A DNA stretch of 64,000 bases, taken from contig OZ242311.1 in the NCBI GenBank assembly GCA_965207885.1, positions 3,168,001 through 3,232,000 of the forward strand, given 5' to 3'. The position numbers and the translations under genes are program-made. The stretch is from Candidatus Latescibacterota bacterium. GTDB taxonomy: Bacteria; Latescibacterota; UBA2968. This document shows positions 58,183-64,000 of the stretch, in pieces; position 1 is the stretch's first letter; every line of letters begins with the position of its first letter. The notes under the pieces were generated by a model that worked only from the letters and a program-made list of their open reading frames with translations, ran no database searches and was not told where the DNA came from.

Positions 58183-59586
58183 ATGTCAGACCCTATGAAC
58201 ATCGTCGTCATCGTAGCCGATACATTTCGCACATCATTCCTGGGTGCTTACGGAAATGACTGGATCCACACGCCGAACCTCGACCAATTTGCCGAAGAGG
58301 GCGTGCACTTCACCAATGCCCATCCCGAGTGCCTGCCCACCATCCCGACGCGGCGAACCCTTCACACCGGACGCCGAGCCTTTCCCTTCAAAGACTATAG
58401 TCCCGTTCCCTGGGACAATGTCTATCTCGCCGGATGGCAACCCATGTCGGGTGATGAGGGTACAATCGCCGAAGCCCTCGTGCAGGCTGGTTATCACACC
58501 GGTTTCTTTGCCGATGTCCCCCATTACTTTGTTCCCGGAATGAATTTTACGCGGGGCTTCCGCCAATGGCAATTCATTCGTGGCCAAGCAGAGGACCGCT
58601 ATCGCGCCATAGCCGCAGCAGACCCGGCATTGATCGAATGCTATAAACTCAGAGAAGGACAGCCTCAGAATCTGATCCGCGCCCATCTGGTCAATGTGCA
58701 ACCCCAGCGTCCCGAAGAGACATGGCCCGCAGCGCGGACGTTTCGCGCTGCCATTGAGTTCCTCGAGCAAAACGCTTCAAACACACCCTTTTACCTTTAC
58801 GTCGATAGCTTTACCCCCCACGAAACATGGGAAGCACCACTCCACTACTACGACCTGTATGGTAGCCGCGAAGATAGAGTACCCATTTGTCTCAATGTGC
58901 CTTATGGTCCCCTGAGCGCCAATCCCGACTATGAAGATCGACTCGCTTCTATTCGCGCCAACTACGCCGGGCTCGTCACAATGGTGGATACCTGGTTTGG
59001 ACGATTGGTCAATACAATCGACAGAGTGGGCTTGCGGGACAATACCATGGTCCTTTTTCTCAGCGACCACGGCACAAATTTTGCCGACAACGCCGAGGGC
59101 ATAATCGGCAAACCCGCAGACTACATGTATCCGGGCACCATGTGCATCCCGATGATCTTGCGACACCCACAAAACAAAGGCGCCGGAAGCATATCCGAGG
59201 CCTTTGTCTATACCCTCGATATACCCGCAACAGTGCTCGACATTTCCGGCGTCTCACCGATTGGACAAATCGATGGACAGAGCTTGCTACCCATCGTTGA
59301 ATCCTCGGGAACCTTCAGCGAGCGAGACTATCTGACCTGCCGATACGGCAATTCCGTCTGGTACAAAGACCATACCACATGGTTCTTTTCTCAGGCGGAC
59401 TTTTCCGGTCCACGTGTCTTCGACCTGGAATCAGACCCGGACTGCACCCAGAACATCGCCGAAAGAGCCGCAGATAGAATCGAACGGGCAAAATACTGCA
59501 TTCTCGAAGATGCCAGCGGCGAAATTCCCATCTACCAGCGCAAAAATTCCACCGACGCTCTCGGCCGGCCAGAATTTACTGTCTAA
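58183..59586 (+). CDS. Sulfatase-like (alkaline phosphatase superfamily) hydrolase
   Basis: NIVVIVADTFR, TPNLD, PTIPTRRTLHTG, PHE, YAGLVTMVD, FLSDHG, IDGQSLLP. Confidence 0.88.
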   Translation: MSDPMNIVVIVADTFRTSFLGAYGNDWIHTPNLDQFAEEGVHFTNAHPECLPTIPTRRTLHTGRRAFPFKDYSPVPWDNVYLAGWQPMSGDEGTIAEALVQAGYHTGFFADVPHYFVPGMNFTRGFRQWQFIRGQAEDRYRAIAAADPALIECYKLREGQPQNLIRAHLVNVQPQRPEETWPAARTFRAAIEFLEQNASNTPFYLYVDSFTPHETWEAPLHYYDLYGSREDRVPICLNVPYGPLSANPDYEDRLASIRANYAGLVTMVDTWFGRLVNTIDRVGLRDNTMVLFLSDHGTNFADNAEGIIGKPADYMYPGTMCIPMILRHPQNKGAGSISEAFVYTLDIPATVLDISGVSPIGQIDGQSLLPIVESSGTFSERDYLTCRYGNSVWYKDHTTWFFSQADFSGPRVFDLESDPDCTQNIAERAADRIERAKYCILEDASGEIPIYQRKNSTDALGRPEFTV

Positions 59587-59680
59587 AAGGCGTATTTTAC
59601 CCACTGCTCGGAGTGACCGTATCTGACGATCGCGTGTTGTCTCAACCTCTCTTAAAACCTCTGCCATAATACCTCTTGAT

Positions 59681-60829
59681 TTAATGGACTTCACGAAGTA
59701 TCTGTCTTAGCGCAAACTGCGATAAGGCGCGGGGATTGTTTTTTAGACGTTCCGTATTGACATTCTGCGCAAGTGTTTCCAGGTCTGCATCAGTATCCAC
59801 ACCGACCTGTCGCAGACGGGTTGGACAACCAATGGCGCTGATGAGATCATCAATGTGTTTTCGAGCTTCTTCAGAACTCGCAACCCCTATCAGCCTGTTG
59901 ATCTCTCTGATGTCTTTCTGAACTTGAGCAACACCTTTGGGATGCCAACAATCACCACTGACTACCCTATTGTTGTATATTAAGACTGCACCCAACGTCA
60001 GAGCCACAGCCAAACCGTGAGGCACGCCAAATTGAGATGTGAGCGTATAGGAAATCGCGTGAGGTGCTGTGGTCTTGCTGATATTGATCGCTTTGCCAGA
60101 TAGATGGGCAGCGCGGCACATATTAGCGCGTACATCGGGTGTGGGACGGTGAACAGCAGCCTCGAGATTATCGAGCACCAGTTCCAGAGCTTCACTTGCA
60201 AAAACACGCGATTGCGCGGTTGCATTCACACTCCACAAAGATTCAACAGCCTGTGACAGTGCGTCCAGGCCAGTATGTGCGGTAATAGAAGGTGGCAAAT
60301 TGGCCGTTAGACTGGGATCGATAATTGCGTAGTCGGGCAACACATTGGCGTGTGCAACGGAATATTTTTGTTCCCCGACATAAACCACAGCAAAATGAGT
60401 CGCTTCACTCCCCGTACCCGCTGTGGTGGGAATGGCGATTAATGGCGCGACTTTATCCCGAATCGGTATATCCCCTGTAAGAAGCTCGCGGTATTGATCC
60501 CGATGTGTACCGCAAATGCTAATGAGCTTGGCCATATCAATTGCAGATCCGCCACCTATGGCAATCATTATATCACCTGGATGTGTGTGCCAGAATTTGA
60601 CTCCGCGCACCACATCGGCGTATTTAGGATTAGGTGCAAAATCATTAAAGATGGCATGGCCGCGCCCCTGTAATGCGGATTCTATATACATTTTTGCGCC
60701 GGATTTATCGTAGGCTGTGCGATCAGCCACAACAAAAACAGACCGCGCGGCTCTATCATCTAACAAAGACTGCACAGTCTCAATAGCTCCGGGTGCCATG
60801 TAGATAATCTGTTTCACGAGACGATTCAT
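59681..60829 (-). CDS. Iron-containing alcohol dehydrogenase, phosphonoacetaldehyde reductase-like
   Basis: AIGGGSAIDMAK, AIPTTAGTGSEATHFAV, DALSQAVESLWS, GKAINISKTTAPHAISY, PHG, N.ERLKNNP; adjacent to phnX. Confidence 0.82.
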   Translation of the reverse strand: MNRLVKQIIYMAPGAIETVQSLLDDRAARSVFVVADRTAYDKSGAKMYIESALQGRGHAIFNDFAPNPKYADVVRGVKFWHTHPGDIMIAIGGGSAIDMAKLISICGTHRDQYRELLTGDIPIRDKVAPLIAIPTTAGTGSEATHFAVVYVGEQKYSVAHANVLPDYAIIDPSLTANLPPSITAHTGLDALSQAVESLWSVNATAQSRVFASEALELVLDNLEAAVHRPTPDVRANMCRAAHLSGKAINISKTTAPHAISYTLTSQFGVPHGLAVALTLGAVLIYNNRVVSGDCWHPKGVAQVQKDIREINRLIGVASSEEARKHIDDLISAIGCPTRLRQVGVDTDADLETLAQNVNTERLKNNPRALSQFALRQILREVH

Positions 60830-60860
60830 TTTTTTACCAATAAATCAGAAAGGACAGAAA

Positions 60861-61691
60861 ATGGATTTTTATTTTCGACGTACATATCGCGGTGCGCTAA
60901 AAGCCATTTTGTTAGATTGGGCGGGAACCACAATGGATTACGGATGTTACGCGCCTGCTGTGGTCTTTCGCCAGGTGTACGAACGCATGCGAGTACCTAT
61001 CAGCATGGCCGAGGCGCGTGCGCCAATGGGGGCGCATAAAAAAGTCCACATTCGCAAAATATCTCAAATCGCATCTGTACACCAGCGCTGGGAAGATACC
61101 TACAATCGACCACCTCAGGAATCGGATATCGATGCGATGTTTGAAGCATTTGTGCCCTTGCAACTGAGTTGTCTGGCTGAATACGCCGACTTGATTCCCG
61201 GTACACTGGAAGCAGTTGCCGAGTTTCGCAAGCGCGGATTACAAATAGGATCAACCACCGGATATACAGGCGAAATGATGGCACTATTGCAGGAAGAAGC
61301 CAAAAAACGAGGTTACGAACCCGATGCAACTGTATGTGCAACCGACGTACCCGAAGGCCGTCCAGCACCGTGGATGTGTGTGCAAAATGCCATGCTACTG
61401 GGCGTATACCCCTTTGCAGCCTGTGTCAAAGTCGATGACACGATTCCCGGTATCGAAGAGGGCCTCAATGCGGGCATGTGGACCATTGGACTTGCAAAAA
61501 CAGGAAATGAAATCGGTCTAAACGAAAAAGAAATCAACCGCCTTGATCCCGAAGTACTACAAACACAACTCGAGACCGTATATCAGCGCATGCATCAGTC
61601 TGGCGCACACTATGTCGTCGATGGCATCTGGGATGTGCCTGCTGTATTAGACGACATCCAGAGCAGGCTCACACGCGGCGAGTGCCCCTGA
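60861..61691 (+). CDS. phnX: Phosphonoacetaldehyde hydrolase (phosphonatase)
   Basis: DWAGTTMDYG.YAP, ARAPMGAHKKVHIR (Schiff-base Lys region), GSTTGY, GRPAPWM, VKVDDTIPGIEEGLNAGMWT. Confidence 0.96.
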   Translation: MDFYFRRTYRGALKAILLDWAGTTMDYGCYAPAVVFRQVYERMRVPISMAEARAPMGAHKKVHIRKISQIASVHQRWEDTYNRPPQESDIDAMFEAFVPLQLSCLAEYADLIPGTLEAVAEFRKRGLQIGSTTGYTGEMMALLQEEAKKRGYEPDATVCATDVPEGRPAPWMCVQNAMLLGVYPFAACVKVDDTIPGIEEGLNAGMWTIGLAKTGNEIGLNEKEINRLDPEVLQTQLETVYQRMHQSGAHYVVDGIWDVPAVLDDIQSRLTRGECP

Positions 61692-61774
61692 GACCGCAAT
61701 ACGCATTGTTAGAAAAAAGACCGTGAGCTATATCCACAACCTTTATGTGCTCCATCTCCGCCTGGAAATATCCG

Positions 61775-64000
61775 TTACTCCGTTACGGCTGAGTGTATGG
61801 TGAGGATCTCTTCGCCCTGCGTATTTACGTTAAACCCGTACCGCTCTTTTTCAATTCCAATCTCGAACCCATTCTCGTTCTGAACCACCTGCACATTTGC
61901 CTCGTGCTCCACAAAAGCAAAAACCAGAATATCTCCGGGGGTCGATAGCTGCACCCGCGTGTTCGCATCCCGCGCCCCTGGGACAAAACTCCTCAAACTT
62001 CCCGCCGCCAGCCCAGAAGGCGCGAAAGGCACCACCTCCTTCTCGAAACAGGCATCCTCTCCGTACAGGAGCAACGCATCAATCGAGCGCCCACCCGCAC
62101 CGAAACGCGCCTGTTTCGCCCGGACCCGTCTCAAATCTACCGGGTTCAACTTCCAGCCCAGTGCCCCACTTCCGGTCTCCGGCCCCAGGTTCGTCTCAAA
62201 ATCCAACAGCAACCGCCTGCGCCCCGGGCATTTCAGATCTACCCTGCTCAGGTCGCATTTCACTCCTGTCTCAGGCATCTGCACTGCGCCCCCAAACGCC
62301 AGCGCTGTATTCGACTTGATGTAAAACGTCCTCGGTTCCGCACGCGACTTCAGATTCTGCAAATCCAGCCCCAGTTCACCGAAAATCGCGCGGTCGTCGC
62401 ACCTGTCCCTGCACCCATCCACCTCGATCTCAATAAACGGATTGTCTCCCGACCGGTTGAACCCACCCCATCGGATAACCGCCTCATGCCACCTGTCGGG
62501 TTCAATTTTCACCGATGAGACGACCTCCACCGACGTATTCCGCTGGCTCTGTACTACAAATGTCAGTGCGCTCCCGTCCATTATTGCCAGCGAATAATTA
62601 TTTACCCGGCTTCCCATGACTCTTCCCACGCCGATTCCCGTATTAAACAAAACCTTTGGCCCTTCTTTTCCATCCTCTCCGTTCAACCGAAAACGCATCC
62701 GCAATTCACCCGCCCTGGGATTAAAATAAGGTGCTCTCTCGTACTGCAGGTAATCACGACCGTTCAATCGCACGAATCTCTCCCTGCCTTTCCGCACCAC
62801 TCTTACACCGCGCCTCCGGCGTCTCAGTGCCGTCACAAGGATTGGCAAAGTCCCTTTCAACAGCCAGTATTCATGATCTGTTCGAATAGACCGCACGCGC
62901 AAGCGCTCGAATGATGCTGCGGCATCCAGCCGCCTCAGAAACGCCACGATCTCGTTTTGCCCGCCTGTGAAAGGGAGACTGCCGCAGGCCACCGGCTGGG
63001 CCTCCTCCGCGGAAATCGTCTTCAAAATCGGATATCCGCCCCATTGCACATGTAAATTCATAAACCCATGTGCGCTCCCGCCTTTGTATCCCGACACACA
63101 ACAGACCACAGCATCCCTATCCCATTCACTGCGCAGCAATCCGGTCTCCCCGTAGTGCATTCGGGTAAATTTCTTTGAAAGCGGCAATACAATCTTGCGA
63201 CTCGACTCCTGGAACTCAGGATCATAATAACAATAAGCGTACGGAGCGTATGCGATCATACACTCCGCCGTTGTACCCTTCACGCCCATCCCAAACCGGT
63301 AGAGCCGTCCCAGCCTCGGATCGCCAAGTGCGACGTCCCGCATCTCGGCATCTCCAGCTTCCTGCGCCAGCCGAAGCAGGGTCACCGAACACGCATCTAT
63401 CTGGCTGCCCGAAATCACATTTGAATTTTCCGAGTAGTACAGCCTGTCTTCGATCACCTGCGGCGGTGCCAGATGATACCGAAACCACGTCAAAGGCTGC
63501 TCCAATCGCTTCGGAAACGTCTTATACAGATCTTCCCCCGTCACATTGCGCAGCGCATCGGCAAAGTGAAGCATCCACAAATTTTCCCACGGCCAGAACG
63601 CAGGTCCGTCGCCCGGTGCGCCGTCTCGCCCGCAGCCATAGGGCATCACCCCGCTGCGAAACCGATCGATCACGGCCGATACCCAGACTTCCGCATCGGG
63701 ATGTTTTCCCAACAAATACAAAGCCGCCACACCAAAATGCCCGTTGTCAACCACGGCGTGGTGTCGTCCATCCGATGAGTATCGGTTCCGCTCTACATCC
63801 GGCCACCAGCGTTTCATCATCTGAACCAGACACGCGGTCGCCTGTTTTTTTTCCACATCGGGCAACGCCTTGTCGAGCAGATCCAGCGCCAGTGCAAACG
63901 CCTGCATATACCGGTTGGCCGTATAAAAATGCTCTTCTACCCGGTCACTGTGTTCCCATTCCCCCGCCGCGCGCAACCAATCTCTCGCCCGTTTTAACCA
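61775..64000 (-). CDS. Partial hypothetical protein, heparinase II/III or alginate-lyase-like with a LamG-like insert
   Basis: Frame is open to the window edge. Helical N-part (DGAPGDGPAFW), GLLRSEW...AHG..NLH resembles heparinase II/III, and WHEAVIRW...IEVDG resembles LamG. Confidence 0.6.
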   Translation of the reverse strand, partial: WLKRARDWLRAAGEWEHSDRVEEHFYTANRYMQAFALALDLLDKALPDVEKKQATACLVQMMKRWWPDVERNRYSSDGRHHAVVDNGHFGVAALYLLGKHPDAEVWVSAVIDRFRSGVMPYGCGRDGAPGDGPAFWPWENLWMLHFADALRNVTGEDLYKTFPKRLEQPLTWFRYHLAPPQVIEDRLYYSENSNVISGSQIDACSVTLLRLAQEAGDAEMRDVALGDPRLGRLYRFGMGVKGTTAECMIAYAPYAYCYYDPEFQESSRKIVLPLSKKFTRMHYGETGLLRSEWDRDAVVCCVSGYKGGSAHGFMNLHVQWGGYPILKTISAEEAQPVACGSLPFTGGQNEIVAFLRRLDAAASFERLRVRSIRTDHEYWLLKGTLPILVTALRRRRRGVRVVRKGRERFVRLNGRDYLQYERAPYFNPRAGELRMRFRLNGEDGKEGPKVLFNTGIGVGRVMGSRVNNYSLAIMDGSALTFVVQSQRNTSVEVVSSVKIEPDRWHEAVIRWGGFNRSGDNPFIEIEVDGCRDRCDDRAIFGELGLDLQNLKSRAEPRTFYIKSNTALAFGGAVQMPETGVKCDLSRVDLKCPGRRRLLLDFETNLGPETGSGALGWKLNPVDLRRVRAKQARFGAGGRSIDALLLYGEDACFEKEVVPFAPSGLAAGSLRSFVPGARDANTRVQLSTPGDILVFAFVEHEANVQVVQNENGFEIGIEKERYGFNVNTQGEEILTIHSAVTE

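Noticed and set aside
1-64000. CRISPR array, rRNA, integrase, transposase or prophage
   Set aside because: No repeat-spacer periodicity and no matching genes or motifs were seen.

Overview
A gene-dense chromosomal window from a diderm bacterium. The gene mix (TonB receptor, TamA/TamB, GldA/F/G-like ABC systems, sulfatase, GH88, DUF362, DUF1854 ABC pair) suggests an FCB/PVC-type environmental lineage such as Latescibacterota or Gemmatimonadota; this is inference only. Housekeeping genes are pyk, metH, miaA, mutL, hpt, sppA, mobA, a family-5 UDG and tRNA-Gly(CCC). Accessory content includes two convergent GldAFG-like ABC operons, a DUF362-PPTase-ABC-ABC-DUF1854 cluster, an xdh/cox-family molybdoenzyme (M-S-L order), and a phosphonate locus (phosphonoacetaldehyde reductase-like gene divergent from phnX, next to a Thr-type sulfatase homologue). 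I saw no CRISPR array, rRNA, integrase or transposase. Items the ORF track misses: an internally deleted TonB-receptor paralogue, a deletion-fused hicB/hicA remnant, a six-repeat secreted protein split by an A10 tract, two small basic ORFs, a structured candidate ncRNA upstream of mutL, and purine-rich 7/8/10-nt tandem repeats sitting at gene 3' ends. All family calls come from motif recognition by eye; no searches were run.
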